DNA from: the human T2T-CHM13v2.0 reference genome, Homo sapiens
Reading direction: 5' to 3' (one strand)
DNA length: 64,000 bases
Assembly (NCBI RefSeq): GCF_009914755.1
Contig: NC_060938.1
In this document: one piece after another, positions 40,310-54,720 of the stretch
How the letters are laid out: each line of letters begins with the position of its first letter
Numbering within the stretch: position 1 is the first letter of the stretch
Made by a program: the position numbers and the translations under genes
Notes under the pieces: generated by a model
What the model saw: only the letters and a program-made list of their open reading frames with translations
Databases searched by the model: none
What the model was told of the DNA's origin: nothing

Positions 40310-41198
40310 ACTTCATTTGTCCAGAAACTCTCCTCATAGTTATTTACTAAGTGAAAATGAAAGCATTCCCACAAACACATCTGTATAAGAGCATTGAAAT
40401 CATTATTATTTGTATTAGCCAAAACTAGAACCAATCCAAATAACAATAAAGAGAATGATTAAATAAAGGGTTTTATCTTTACATAATAGGATAATATTCT
40501 CCATACAAAGATAAAATTTCTGATACGGCAACAATACGTATGATATAGCGTGGCTCTGTGTCCCCACCCAAATCTCATCTCAAACTGTAATCCCCACGTT
40601 AGGGAGGGACCTGGTGGGAGGTGATTGGATCATGGCAGGGGGGGTTGTTCCCATGCTGTTCTCATGACAGTGTGTGAGTTCTCATGAGATCTGAGGGTTT
40701 TAAAGTGTGGCACTTACCCACTTGCTCTCTCTATTGCCGCCATGTTAAACATGCCTTGCTTTTCATTTGCCTTATACCGTGATTGAAAGTTTCCTGAGGC
40801 CCCCCAGCCATGCATAACGGTGAGTCAATTAAACCTCTTTTGTTTATACATTACCCAATTTCAGGGAGTTCTTCATAGCAGTATGAAAACAGACTAATAC
40901 AATGTATAAATCTCAAAACATTGTGTTGTGCAACATAAGTCAGGCACACACACAAGTATTTAGTATGATTCAATTTACATGTAGTTTAAGAAATTCATTG
41001 TCCTGAAAATAATGGCTTGGGTCCTTGGAGTGTAATGGTCACCAGAACAAGACAGGAGAATATCAAGATAAGAGAAATGTTCTATGTCTTGAACTTTGGA
41101 TTATGGTTACATGGCTGTTTATATTTGTGAAAGCTGATCAAACTATGCACTTAAAATCTATGAATTTAACTGTGTTTTTAACATACCTCAATAAAAAA
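40310..41198 (+). mobile_element. Old L1 (L1MD/ME) 3' end, interrupted by THE1
   Basis: AATCTCAAAACATT...GTATGATTCAATTTACAT...GGTTACATGG...CACTTAAAATC...TACCTCAATAAAAAA. Confidence 0.7.
40541..40901 (+). mobile_element. THE1 (THE1D-like) MaLR solo LTR
   Basis: TGATAT..TGGCTCTGTGTCCCCACCCAAATCTCATCT...GACTAATACA; 5-bp TSD ACGTA/ATGTA (CpG decay in one copy). Confidence 0.9.
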
Positions 41199-42236
41199 TT
41201 CCAATTTATTTAATAATCAATTTATGTGTCCACTTGCGTGCCCCAACACTCACTTCATCTCTAATATTTCCCATTAGTCAAGAAAAAAAGCTAAACATCT
41301 ATATCAGGTTTGAGGGTTTCAATTATTCATATGACTCACCAATATAATAATCCGATAATTCTATCATTGTTTGTTAGATTCATCATTTAATGGTATTGAA
41401 AATAATTTCAGTGTGGCAAAAAAGCCATGTTAAGGCTTCTTACATGTCACAATCGAATTCTAGGCAGCCATACTGATCCTTTAAGCAACCTTTGCTACTT
41501 ATTCTTTTGATAGAACAGCTTTAAATATACTGGAGCGATCATAGAGTTCGCTGATCCCTGACTCAGTTCTGGGAGGCAAAAAAGAAACGCCTCTTACTAG
41601 GGCAAATATTTTGATCATGTTACTTACCAAATGCATTGTGACGCAGCCTTGCTTAAAGTTTGTGGATTATTATTTTTCCAAATGAAAAACCAAGTCACTC
41701 AGCAGAAACCTTTCCAGAGGAATCCTATCACAACAATTTTGGAGATTGTTGATGGTTTTCAACAGAGGAAGTTAACACAGAATGTATATTTTACTAGATT
41801 GTTTTCTAGTTGCAGAGAAAGATTAATACATGACTGTGAACAGGAATTATCTGTTCTTACCTATCGACCGAAACATATATTTATCTATAGCTTGTAAAAT
41901 CTTTTATAATATATAAATATAGATGCACAGTTGCCATCTTCATAAAAGATCTTGTTTGATAAAAGTTCTTATGGAATATATTAGCATCAAGATTTTTGCT
42001 TTTCTTTTCTTCCAGAAGTTGAAATAAGGCTGAATATTTTTGCTTTACATTGTTAGTTGATGGCACTAGCAAAAATGAACATGATAACTGTTAGAATTTG
42101 TAAGATTCTCAGGAGTGGCATTGCTGTTATGTAATTTCTTTTCAGAGGATTTTTCTCCTAGAATCATTTTTCTCTTACTGTTTCATGATGATAATAGAGT
42201 TTTGTAGTTCTAATTTTTATAGTGCGTCTGTGTACA

Positions 42237-42306
42237 TATCTATCTATCTATCTATCTATCTATATATCTATCATCTATCGATCCATCCATCCACACATAC
42301 ACACAC
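42237..42306. repeat. (TATC)n/(CATC)n/(CA)n compound microsatellite
   Basis: Visible tetranucleotide runs. Confidence 0.85.
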
Positions 42307-42769
42307 TTACATAAACACACTCACCATGCATTGGATATTTCTGCTATGGAATCATTATACAGATACTTTGAAACTCTAGAATGGTTTAATTAGTAAGTAG
42401 ATTTCAGGATATACGATTTATTAAAGCTTTTATATTCTGTGAGTGATAAACTAATTTAATCTGACATTCTGTCCAGGATATGTGAAGAGGGTGGTAAAAA
42501 ACTAAATAAGAATAAATAAATTAATAGGCATATTTGATAGATAATTTGCCATACATTAAATTTCATTTCAACTATCATTAAATAAGTACCTTGAACACAA
42601 ATTAAATTCAAAAAACATAAATTGAACACTAGGTTAGGTACTGTTAACTTAATAATAAATTAAGATTACAAGAAAATTCTTAACTTCAAGGAACATACAA
42701 TATAGCAAATAAAGATATGCCTCAAATAAGAATACAAACATATCCTCACTTTATTAAATAGTAATTAAT

Positions 42770-43620
42770 CTTTTATTTAAAAATGCACACTGAGTGCATA
42801 TACAACATGCAATGTATGTATAGTGTACGCAATGCACCCAGAATTATACCAGGTTCTGAAGCATCAACAGTAAGTTGGACAATGTTTTTTTCCTAGAAAA
42901 GCTTGTATTATGGTAGAGGAGACAGCCAGATAAATCAGAAAGTACAAAGTAATGTGGCAAATGCTCAGATGAAGTTCTTTATTCTAAGTAAGCAGAAAGA
43001 GCTAAGTGAATGATAGGAAGAACACCTAAAAACCAGTCTAGGTCCATCGAGGGCCATAGAAGTCTTTCCCAGGGAAAGGGATGTTTAAGGATGAGTTGGA
43101 AATGCTAGACGAAGGCAACGAGGAATAACAAGAATTTCAGGTGGCAAGAATGACATAAGAAATGCCTCAAATTTAGAAAAAACAGAAAGACACTTGTAAA
43201 ACCACAAGTACAGGTTGGGCAGAAGAACACCAATGAAGAAACTTATTGACATTTTAATAACTTTGTTTTTTATACTTGAAATAGAGTGTCTTGGATGAGG
43301 TCTACAGGCATTCATAGAAGAAGCCAATCAAGGATCCAGAAAGTCTTTATGTAGGAACTGAAGTTTGAGATAAGTCTTGAAATAATAATATTATTTTGAT
43401 TGGCAGAAATGAGAGCAGAAAAAAATTAGTGTTTTGAAAAAAAGTGAACAGCATTAAGAAAAGGAAGTAAATTTAAGGGTAGATTACATTTGTCTCTTTC
43501 AATAGGATTATGGCATATGGAAGAAAAGACTGAAAAACAATGGTGAAAAGGCACACCTGAACTATTGTTAAAGGTCTTGATGAACTGCATAAGATTCCAT
43601 AGTATTTCTTGATTAAAAAA
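42770..43620 (-). mobile_element. L2 fragments
   Basis: Purine-rich reverse L2 motifs (AGCTTGTATTATGGTAGAGGAGACAG; GAAGTTTGAGATAAGTCTTGAA). Confidence 0.5.
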
Positions 43621-45456
43621 ATACTTCTCTAACATAGTCTTTTTCAGTTAAGAGAGGAAAAATAAAATTTTAAGGCATGATTAAAATGTTCTATAATTTC
43701 ATTTGTGTGATGGTTACACAGATGTATACATATTTCAGTACTCATAAATGTGTATACTTTAAGATTATGCATTTGTCCATAGGAAAAATACCTAAAATTA
43801 TAAATATATAAAAAATGTTTATGTACATACATATAAACCAAGAGCAAGCAAATCCATGATTAAGGAAATAAGTTATAGTTGCTTTGTTTGATGGTTATCA
43901 TTGCAACAATTTATGAAAAGAATATATATGCCTCTAGAACATAAAAACATACTTTCTTAAAATAAAAAAATATGTTTTATCAAAGTGATAAATACTCAAA
44001 ACTTCAAAAGCCAATTAAAATAGTACATCATATAATAAAAAACACATCACTAAGATATTTATAAAGGAGAAAACCAGGGTTCGAGTCCAACTTTGATAAC
44101 CTCAAATGTCATGTTCTGTCCACTATATCATAATTACTATCTGGTTCAACAAATACTAAAAGTACTACAAGATTAAGCATTCCTTATTTCCCTTCAGTCA
44201 CAAGTACAAGCTACCCTATAAAGATAAACCCATGAAAAAGACATAAGTATAGATAAAAGACATATAAACATTTATATGACTAATGGCTAATTACTAATAA
44301 TAACTCAGATGTAAAAATAATTTTATTACAAATGTCCTGTGGAACTCTGCAGGTTCTATTTTATATATGGAAAATACTATTATTATGTAATGTGAGTTAT
44401 ACAGATATGAACATATTTAAAATATACTTCTCTATTATGGTTGGAAAAAAATAAAGACATGAATGGCACATTGAGAATGAGGTCAAGGGTCTTTCAATAT
44501 TATATTTTTTACTAAAATGAGTTTACGTTGAAAAATCACTGAGACAAATGACTGTGATTTATTCACATTTGTGGTATTAGTAGAAATAGTTCATTTAGAA
44601 AAGCATCATGTCTATGGAAAGGCAGAAAATGGTTTTGGTTAATGAAAACATATAGAAGAATTTCTTATTAGATGCATGGATAGATCTATTTCAAATGAGC
44701 ACTAACAGCTGCTCTGCTCATATTATTTGGAATTCTCCCAGTGCCTTGCTGGTCACAAACATGCTTGGCTTCCTTCTTAAGCAAGTCAGTAAGTACATGG
44801 ACTGTAATTGTAAAGTAGTTTTCCTACTAGAATTAGTGAAAAGATTCAAGGAGCACAGCTCTAAAATGTGGTTGTCAAATATAATGCAAGACATTACCTA
44901 GAAATGAAGCCAGAAAAGTTCAGACCAGAGAAAAAAATTAGCCCAGATGAGGAAACAAGAAAAAGAAAATCCTAAACTCTTGAATTAAGACAATGGTTTT
45001 AACACTTACTCCATGAAAAGTAACTCTGAGTCATGGGAAGAAGCAATACAAAGTGTTCTATAAAGCTGTATATAAATTCAAGGAAAAGAGCTGATTGCAG
45101 ATATTTGATTTCTAACCCCAAATATCAGTGGTAATCGGTGACTCCCTGTTCTGAAGTACAAAGGCAGCCATGTGAGTACATGACATCTATCTGTAACAAA
45201 CGATTTTCCTCATGTGTGTCTCAAAGTAATGGAGACCCTTCTGAGACTCATAAAAACTGTGATACCAATTCTGTTGATTTACTTGGTAACAAGTGACCAG
45301 AGACAGAATAACCATAGTATCCCTTTCAAGTAAGTAGAATTTTATATACACTAAACTGAAATTTAGGCTAAGAGTTCATTTTTCCTTGCAACTGAGTACC
45401 ATGATAAGTGGATAATAAACAGTAGGTTATCCAGTGGAATAAAATAACTGTATTTG

Positions 45457-45785
<329 letters not shown>

Positions 45786-46324
45786 AAAATAACTGAATTT
45801 GATGGCAAAAAATAAAAAACAGTGCCCATCAGAAAAAGGTATAGGAAATTTTTACTATAAAAGAGATTTTGACTTGATCAGCAGGGCTTTAAACTGAAAT
45901 TCCAGAGAAAAATATTAAAATACCCAGTTGCAGAAAAAAACTGCATTCTATGTAGAAAAGTGGACTTGACATAGAAATAATTATAGAAGACATATTCAGT
46001 GATTCTCAGTATAATTTGTTAAGAGTATAAAGGAGTACTGAGACAAAATGTTAGAACTCTCTGCTTTAAAAGTATGGGCAGAAAATGGAAGACGTAACTG
46101 GAGCAATGGTTTTCTACTCCCTACTTTTTTATTGCTAAAACACGTATGATAGATGAAGTTCACATGCAAAATAAACCCCAGTGGGGATACCCTAATCATA
46201 TGTAATCTCTAGTGTAAATTTTTGTTTTTCATACACATGAGAAATATGCTAGTATCAAAATCTGTGGATAATGATATTATTATAAAAATGATCTTGAATC
46301 TGTTCAAATTCATTAAAGAAACAA

Positions 46325-46700
46325 GCATGGCCTATGCTTCTGCCACATTGACCTTCATGTTTCCTAAACATTACAATTTTCTGCCAATTTCAGGGCCTTT
46401 GTCTGTGATCTTAATCTCCTTCTTCACCTTTTAGGTATTAGGTTAAATATTTCCTCCTCAGATAGCCTTGCATTTACTACCTGTGTAAATCTGATACAGC
46501 CTAATACTCTTCATGAGAGGATTCTATTTTTAGGGTACTTTTCATAATTTGCAATATGTACAATTAATATTTTTGTTATTATTTTCTTCTTTTTATAAAT
46601 TCTAAATTACCTGAGTGTAAGATATACACTACATTTTGATAATCATTTTATCTTCAGAGCTTATATGTGGCACATAGTTTATTAGTTTTTACCTCATCCA
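46325..46700 (+). mobile_element. L2 3' fragment
   Basis: CCACATTGACCTTC...CAGGGCCTTTG...TTCCTCCTCAGA...TGGCACATAGT. Confidence 0.55.
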
Positions 46701-48096
46701 TAATTATGGTATTATCAACTTAATGATACCTAAGTGTTTCCTTTCTCTTTAAATAAATTTAACAGTAACTTGGCTATTTTAAATGATTTATATACTACTA
46801 TTTGAATTTATCAAATTTATGCTATAATAATTTCTAATTCATTAATTCATTTTTATCAGCTTATTTCTCCTGTTTCTTTTTACATATTTTGTTATACTTT
46901 AGCAACTTTAGCTGAATATTCAGTTTTTTAAAAAATATGCATTTGCTTTTTTCTTTGTTCTTATCTACTTGCCCTTTCTAATAATATAAGCATTAACTTT
47001 TATAATAAACAGTGTGTCTTATTTCTGTCATCTTGCTTTATCTGTTCTTTTACACTTCCTTTACTTCCTGTGCTTGGACATTTACTTACTTACTGCTTAG
47101 TGTCCGGTGTTTTAGAAATATTAGGAATTTACTGTTACTCTTTCCATAACACATATTGGTTAATATATTGTCTTACAAATACTGTCATTCCAAGTAGGAT
47201 GGCTCAATATCCTTTTACTCCCTGCACTTGACCCTCTGATGTAATGTTATCCATATTATTCTTATTATTGAATGGCTACTTTATAAATAATTCTTGATAT
47301 TTGCATAATGAGATACATAATTGATAAGCCTGTTTATTAACTCACAGTACAAATCTGAAATATAGTATATGTAATTTATTATATTTTATATAATATACAT
47401 TTCTATTTTCATATAATTTTATATTATTTAATATAATATAGATGTTTCTTCATATAATTATATAGTTTATTATTACACATATAGCATTGTTTGTGTTTCA
47501 AGTGTGCTAGCTAGAAATCTTGTATCACTTTTTGATGTCTCAGTCATATCATATTAACGGGCTTACTAGACCCAATTGCAGTTAAATTTGTTTGTAAATA
47601 GAAGAGAGAGTAAGTTGCAGCCTTTTGTTTTCATGAGGGCTGGTGATCTTCTTTCTTACTGCTATATGGTCAATCCTAGATTTACAAACAAGTATATGTT
47701 TAGCTGCATATCTAGCTCCCTCCCTACCCAGGTTGCAGCAGTGCCCCATGTTGACGGACAAGTTTAAAACAGTTTTTATTTCACATATGCCTGCCTGTAT
47801 GGTGTCCCACTGTGGCAAGTTCGTTTGGCATGGAGATTCCAGTATCTACTCTGTATGAGGGCAACCCTATGATATAAATAAACTCTTATGTCTTTGTTTT
47901 AAACCAGTGCCACAGACTAGACTCACCCTTTCTTCTGAGGTTTTATTGCCCTTATCACTAGACATTGATCAAACCATCATTATTCATTCTAACATATCCT
48001 CCTAATGTGACCTATTATAAAACAAGAATTTGTGGCCTATCTTTCAAAAAAAGTCATGCCACAAGAGAAAATCCTAGACTTCTATAAAATAACAGC

Positions 48097-48304
48097 ATAA
48101 CAGAGCCAAAATTTATTGAGCACTACTATATACCAGATCTTATTCTTAGTATTTTATAGGTATTGACTCATTTGTTAGTTTATTTATTTTCAAATGAAGA
48201 AACTGAGGCATGGAAAATTTGACTCCAATTCACACAGCTAGTAAGAGACAGAATCAAGAATTAGCTAAGCTCTTGACTTTGGAAACCACGTGCTTAACTA
48301 GTAC
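48097..48304 (-). mobile_element. MIR SINE
   Basis: ATTTATTGAGCACTACTATATACCAG...CAAATGAAGAAACTGAGGCA...CACACAGCTAGTAAG. Confidence 0.75.
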
Positions 48305-48879
48305 ACAAACAAGCACTCAGTTACAAATCAGTCTGTTCCCTTTTCCAGATCCCTATAGAGCAAGACAAACCTCAGCTCTGCATAGTTCCACAAGACAAAA
48401 GGTGTATTTGTCCAGGACTATAGATATCTACTATGTTTACACTTGTATAACAAAGAGAGCTACTGGAGTTTTTTTGTAAGAAAATAAAGATTTGCTCAAA
48501 AGCAACCTTCCCCACTTGCCCGCTGAAAAATTAGTAATATTTTTATAGTTGACTTATAATGATAGAATAAATTTGGTTGGAGTCAGTACACTTACATCCT
48601 TATGTTCCTATTCTTAATCTATTGTTTTGCTTTATTTTTCATGTAATTAGAAATTATGAGTTTAGATAAATATGTTTCAATCGTATAAAAATCATAGACT
48701 AATAATGTTGACATATAAATGTATGTTATACACACACACATATATATATATAAACACCACACACACACATAGCTCACTTAACAGCTCTTGTTAAATTTCT
48801 CTTCTAAAATAAAAGGAAGAGATATTGAGAAGACATTTACATTCTAGTGAGAACAGAAGATGGTAGATAGATAGATAAT

Positions 48880-49217
48880 ATGCAGCTAGAGCTCAAGTGA
48901 ACCCAAGCTTTTACTCAAGCCTAAATCCGTAGAAACTCTGCTTCCTGCTACCATGACTAGAATTCCTCTTTTAAATGGTATTCTCTTGTGTTAAACAAAG
49001 CAAATTACTCGTCATAAATTTACATCCCTTTAGGATGACAAAGTTGCAACTTGGAAAGAGTCTTGCTCTCTGAATTACCATGCAAAAAAAAAAAAAGTCA
49101 CACAACCAAGGAATATCCATGCTGAACTTTTTTCCTAGGGTAAAATAAAATTCTATTGCTTTAAATTACTGAATATATGAATACATTTTTACATCAGCTG
49201 GTGTACTCTAACCAATA
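48880..49217 (+). mobile_element. Old MLT1 (J/K-like) LTR fragment
   Basis: GGATGACAAAGTTGCAAC...AAATAAAATTCTATTGCTTTAAATTACTGAA. Confidence 0.45.
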
Positions 49218-49651
49218 ATCTTCAAATAAAGTAATGTTTCGCTAAAAATAAATTAAGAATTTAATCTTAATAAAGAGACTTGTAAATTATGTTGTTTTGT
49301 GAGAAACCATATTTGTTCATTAGGCTATAAAATATGCTTATTATAGGAAATTGAATTCGATTCATTAAGCTGTAAATAAAACCAGCAGTCTTCTAATAAT
49401 TAAGACAGAAAGATGAGAGAGAGAGAGAGTGTAAAATGTTTAAGACTATTTGTCAACTCTCTACTCTTTGATTTCTCCCACAATTCCCATGCCCTTCTGA
49501 AATATTTTCCATGGAATATTTGTCATATGTGTTTTACATTTTTTCCAAAGCCTATAGCTTGTCCTTTCAGGTGATTTGTGGTGTTTTTAATTTTAGAGCA
49601 GTTGTCATAAATGTCTATATTATTTCTATCTATATAGTTTCTGGGTTAGGA

Positions 49652-49688
49652 TGTGTGTGTCTATGTGTGTGTGTGTGTGTGTGTGTGT
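49652..49688. repeat. (TG)n microsatellite
   Basis: Visible TG run with one interruption. Confidence 0.9.
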
Positions 49689-50859
49689 TGTTCTGAGGAA
49701 AACCTTTTCTACCTACAATTATACTAAATTGTGTGCAAGTGTAAATATACATAGACACACACAAAAGTGAACATACATAACATACATATCGTTTTGACCT
49801 TTAGCATGTCTAGACTTGGTTTGGTATAAGATAGAAATCTAACTTGTTACGTATTTTTTCTGAATGTATTAAAATAATTTTAAGTTTTACATTAAGGATG
49901 TATAATTTCTCTCCTGATTTGACAATCTGATGTTACCATAAATAAATACATCTAAGCATCTAGCTAACTATCAGTTATAGAGGTTTATCCAGTTGTTTTT
50001 GCATATTTTCTTAATAGGTCTCTCAGAAGGCTGATTTGCAACCTGTAAATATGTGTGGAGCTTAATAAATGGCAGCTTGGACTTAGGAAGTGGTTGGGTG
50101 AGTCAGCTAGTGAATGAAAATCCTGGAAAAAATAATTTTGTTTTGAGCACTTTTATCCATTCAGCAATCTAAACATTATAAAATTCTGAGATTAGAATTT
50201 GGCTCATATTAATTCAGAACAGAATAATCTGGACTTCCTCTTATCTTCTTTCCATTAACTGTAACACAAATATGGCAGTAACCAACCTTTAAACATTCAG
50301 CCAAGGACAACAACTGGAAGAACAGTAAGCCATAAAAGAAGAGAAATTTGGTGTCTTGGTAATTTGGGGGATATCTGTCCCATAATCCTAGATATCACAT
50401 AGTAAAGACAATATTTTGGGGTCACTGTTACAACAGCTAATAAAAATCTTGGAGCATGTCCAAGTTTTTTGGGGGCGATAAGAATAATAAGGCACTTCAT
50501 GAATAACTCTTTTTTGAATGTTAAATAACCTTATCAGAAATTTTGACTCATTAGTCATAGTAGCAAATGGACAGCATTATTCACCAGTAATCTTGGGATA
50601 TGAAAAACTTTCCCACGATCTTCAGAAGAGAAGAGAAGGTATTCAGGAGGATATCATAAAAATATTCAAATATTTTAATATAGAGATAATACAGAATATA
50701 TAAAAATATTATGCTTTTATTCTGTCCAAGTATATATCAAGGGATATTTATGTAGTAGGTACCGTTAAACATTTATATTACGGTACATATATCATATTAT
50801 ATTAATTACTTAGTGGTTAGAATTAGGTATTTTACATTTTGACATGCCAAAGACAAAAA

Positions 50860-51487
50860 GAAAATAATATAATACATAAATGAACAAATTAATAAGTTAG
50901 TATATAGTTGATATCTCTGTAACTACAACCAAGTTTAAGGAATAGAATATGGTTCCCACTCATTCCCACCCCAGGACACCCTTGCATGTGCCTACAAAAT
51001 CAAAATGACCTTCCTTTACCTTAGAGTTAACCACTGTATTGACATTTATGGTGAATAGTTTCTTATTTTTCTTCATAGTTTTCCTGGAAATATGTATTCC
51101 AAAACACACTAGTTAAGTTCTGCCTGCTTTTTAAATTATACTGTATTTTTTTTATGTCTGGTGTCTTTCACTTAAAATTATGTTTGTAATGTTTATCCAC
51201 TTTGTGTACACTATAGTTTGTGCACTGCCATTATCTAACATATTGTAATGATGATATCACATATGAAAATCTCTGATCTTAATTAACATTTGCATTTTTT
51301 TTTTTTTTACAATTCTTAGCTATGACAAATGACACTGCTTATAAACATTCTTCTATGTCTTCTAGGACACATACATGGGCACATTTCTGTGCATATAAAC
51401 CTCGCCACACTGCTGTTAGCAGCGTGACATGGTACAACCACCCTGGAAAATGGTTTGGAGTTGTTTACTAAAGTTGGTGTTGCATAC
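50860..51487 (-). mobile_element. L1ME-like 3' fragment with an inverted segment at 51406-51487
   Basis: Reverse L1 3' motifs (GTCTTTCACTTAAAATTATGTTTG; CTGCTTATAAACATTCTT), then forward GGTACAACCACCCTGGAAAATGGTTTGG. Confidence 0.65.
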
Positions 51488-51489
51488 TT

Positions 51490-52340
51490 ATCTCTAATCT
51501 GCTCTGGAGTCCATTCTGTTAATTCCTAATATCAGTCACTTTAATTGGTAGTTCTAGAATTTCTGCTTGATTTTTTTTCCTAACCTGCCATGTGATTTTT
51601 TATGGATTCTAGTTCTCCACTTCAACTTTTTGGAATGCCTTTTACCTACTTGAAGTCAAGAGATAGTTGTTTCAGAGTCTATTTTGATAATTCAAATATC
51701 TGAAGACCTAATTAGAGTTTTGCTATTGTCTGATGTTTATCTTTTATGTTTTTTTTTTAATGTTGTCTGTTTAACATTGTGTGCTGGCATATAGGTATTT
51801 GCACACACAGACACATAGAAACACTTATAAAAATAATTTGAGAACTAGAATGGGGTTATTTTCTCCAAAGATAATTTTTGTTTCTGTCTATCGCCTGAAG
51901 GCACTACCAGATATAGGTCGGGCAATATTCTGGGCCACCAGACAACACAAAACCAGGAAGTGCTGCAGTCTCTGTGATTACTACACATGTCCTGTGCTAT
52001 TCCAAAAGATTAGGCTTCTAAGTGACAGCCCAAATAGGAGTAATTAAACATGACTCCTACTCTCGGTGAAACTTGGAATCCAACTTTTGTTTACTTAGAC
52101 TGACAAGGATTTCAAATCTATGCTAAGGCCCCAAGATGTAGGTCAGCAAATTATCCCAAGGCAAAAGTCCTGTCAAATGCCATGTCTGTCTCACTGGATT
52201 TTTACCTACTCCTGAACTTTCACCAAATGATGCTTGTCTTTCTTATTAGCTCTTTAATGTTTTTAATACAATTATTTCTTCTATGTTTTAAAGTTTTCAA
52301 TAGTGAAAGATTTATTGATTAAATAATTTGCTATTACAGG
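51490..52340 (-). mobile_element. Ancient L1/HAL1-like fragment
   Basis: GTTCTAGAATTTCTGCTTGATTTTTTT; TGATAATTCAAATATCTGAAG. Confidence 0.4.
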
Positions 52341-52712
52341 CAGTAAAACTCTAGTTAACTTAAAGGTAAATTTATGTATCTGATATTATTAGGGCATAGG
52401 TTCCTTGACAACAAGAATACCATCAGTTTTTAAAAATACTATCACCACTTCCTTATCACCACAAATAAAGGGCTCAATGAATATTTGCTAAGTGAAAGAA
52501 TAAAAATTGTAAACCCAGTATTTAAACCATTTACAGTTTAGTAGGAACTTCACATGAATTTTCAATTAATCAAATCTAGTGAAAAGCTGCTGTATTCCCA
52601 GTATTGGAAGAAACTGTGAAAAAACTAAAGCTGTTGAGAAACTAAAATGTGCCTTCTTGGGAAGGAGATAACTTACTCGCTGTGGCCAGAATGAAAACAT
52701 ATGTTTTGACAA

Positions 52713-53241
52713 TGAAGGAGTGTAGGAAATGCTACCTCAAAATATGCTACTTTTGTATACAGATTACTTAACCAGAGGGCACTTGGGGCACAGCAGATGC
52801 AGTGTGAGGCTTTCTCTGAGCTCTCCTTATCTGAATAAAGATCCTGCAAAAATAACTCAATTGTCATCAGTCTCCTCCCCAGGAGTTTCATCAACCAGGA
52901 GACTCATATCACAGGAGAGGAGAGGAGAAATTGACACCCCGGCCAGAAAGACTGTCACAAAAAATCATCTTTTCTCCTAAGGACCTATTTATCTTTCCAA
53001 AACATTATTTACCTTCCCTTAAGTTGCTTACACAGTCCCCTCTTCCCCCTTCCTTATGAAGAGGGCATATGAGCTTCTGGATATCACTGGGCTTTGGGAT
53101 ATTCACCTTTCTTTCCTGTGATGCCCCCTTGCAAGTAATAAATTTGTATAAATTTCTCCCATTAATCTGCCTGTTGTCAGTTTATTTCATGGACTCAGTT
53201 ATGCACCCTAAAGGATAGGGGAAAGTCTTCCCTCCCTTAAA
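52713..53241 (+). mobile_element. MER34-family ERV1 solo LTR
   Basis: TGAAGGAG...GCTACCTCAAAATATGCTACTTT; AATAAATTTGTAT...ATTAATCTGCCTGTTGTCAGTTTATTT. Confidence 0.75.
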
Positions 53242-53267
53242 TCAGTATATTCATAGGAATTGAGGGG

Positions 53268-53592
53268 TTTTTTTGTTTGTTTTTTTTTTTGTTTTGTTTT
53301 GTTTTGTTTTTCGGACTAAGTCTCACTCGGTCACCCGGGCTGGAGTACAGTGACGTGATCTAGGCTCACTGCAAACTCTGTCTTCCGGGTTCAAGCAATT
53401 CTCATGCCTCAGCCTCCTGAGTAGCTGGGATTTCAGGCATGCACTACCACATCCAGCTAATTTGTGTATTTTTAGTAGAGACAGGGTTTCACCATACTGG
53501 CCAGGCTGGTCTCGAACTCCTGGCCTCAAGTGATCTGCCCACCTCGGCCTCACAACGTGCTGAGATTACAGGTGTGAGCGACCGTGCCCAGG
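53268..53592 (-). mobile_element. Alu, AluSz-like
   Basis: Reverse Alu with CTGGCCTCAAGTGATC and (TTTTG)n tail. Confidence 0.95.
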
Positions 53593-54042
53593 AAAAATTG
53601 ATGATCTATTTCCTTAATAGTTTGAAATATTGTTTAAAAGTTTCACAAGAATTGCAAAACTATGAATGCTCAAATCTGGACAAGTATTAGTTTTCATCAG
53701 TGAAATTACAAGACTTTTAATTATTAATAAAATATCAAACTGGAAAACCAGGTACACCCCCACAAACAGAAAGAAAGAGAGAAAATGAAAGAAAAGATTT
53801 AGAAGGGTCAAATATCAGTGCCATTTCAAGGTCATTCAGAGAAAAGTAGATAGTTTGCTATTTCCTTTGAGGTAGGATAGAAACAATAACTGCAGAGCAG
53901 AGCTCATCTAATAAATATCCCTCTGATATGACTGTAGCTAAGCACATCATTGTCAAAGGCTTAACTATTTCTTATTCCCTGTCATCAACTTTTTTTATCC
54001 ATACCAATTAGGAGGTAAACATAATCAATTCTTCAATGACAC

Positions 54043-54720
54043 TTCATTCATTTAACAAATATGTATTGAGTTTCCTCCATGTCTCAGGTACATTCCCAAA
54101 CACAGAAGATACACAATAGTGAACAGGAAAGGGAGCACTGCTGCTCTCATGAAGCTTACATTCAGTAGCCCACAAGCAGACTGTGAGCAAGAGAACAAAC
54201 GTAAAGCTGGTTTTGACCAATCATAAGTGATAGAAGAAAATGGATCAAAATGAGGTGATAGAAAAGACTAGCTTTATATTTGATAGTTGAGAAAATCCCC
54301 TTGTATGAGATGAAATGACATTCAAAGAAAAAACTGGATGGTGAGAGAGTATAAATCCTGCACAGATCTAGAGAAGGAGAGTCTGAGGCAGAAGAGATAG
54401 CTGATGCAAAGTATCCAGAGTGAGAACAAACTCTGGTCACCGGCAAAGGCACCTGTGACAGAACCATTAAGGATGACAGGATGATCTGTACAAGATGAAA
54501 TTAGAGAAAATGGCAGGGATCACAAACAACTTTGTAAGACACACTTCAGGGTTTTGATTTTATTCTAATTGGAATGGAAAGCAACTAGTGGGCTTTAAGT
54601 AGGGTAGGACTATAATCTTAACAAAGTTTTTACAAACTCTATCCTGCTACCGTGTAAAGAATAAACAATAGTGGAAGCAGAAAAAGCAAGATTTTGCAGT
54701 TTCCTAGATCAACTGAAACA
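54043..54720 (-). mobile_element. L2 (L2a-like) 3' fragment
   Basis: CATTCATTTAACAAATATGTATTGAG...GCTCTCATGAAGCTTACATTC. Confidence 0.75.

Noticed and set aside
47560-47900. Possible old ERVL-type LTR fragment ending near AATAAA
   Set aside because: Could not match it to a family with enough confidence to list as a feature.
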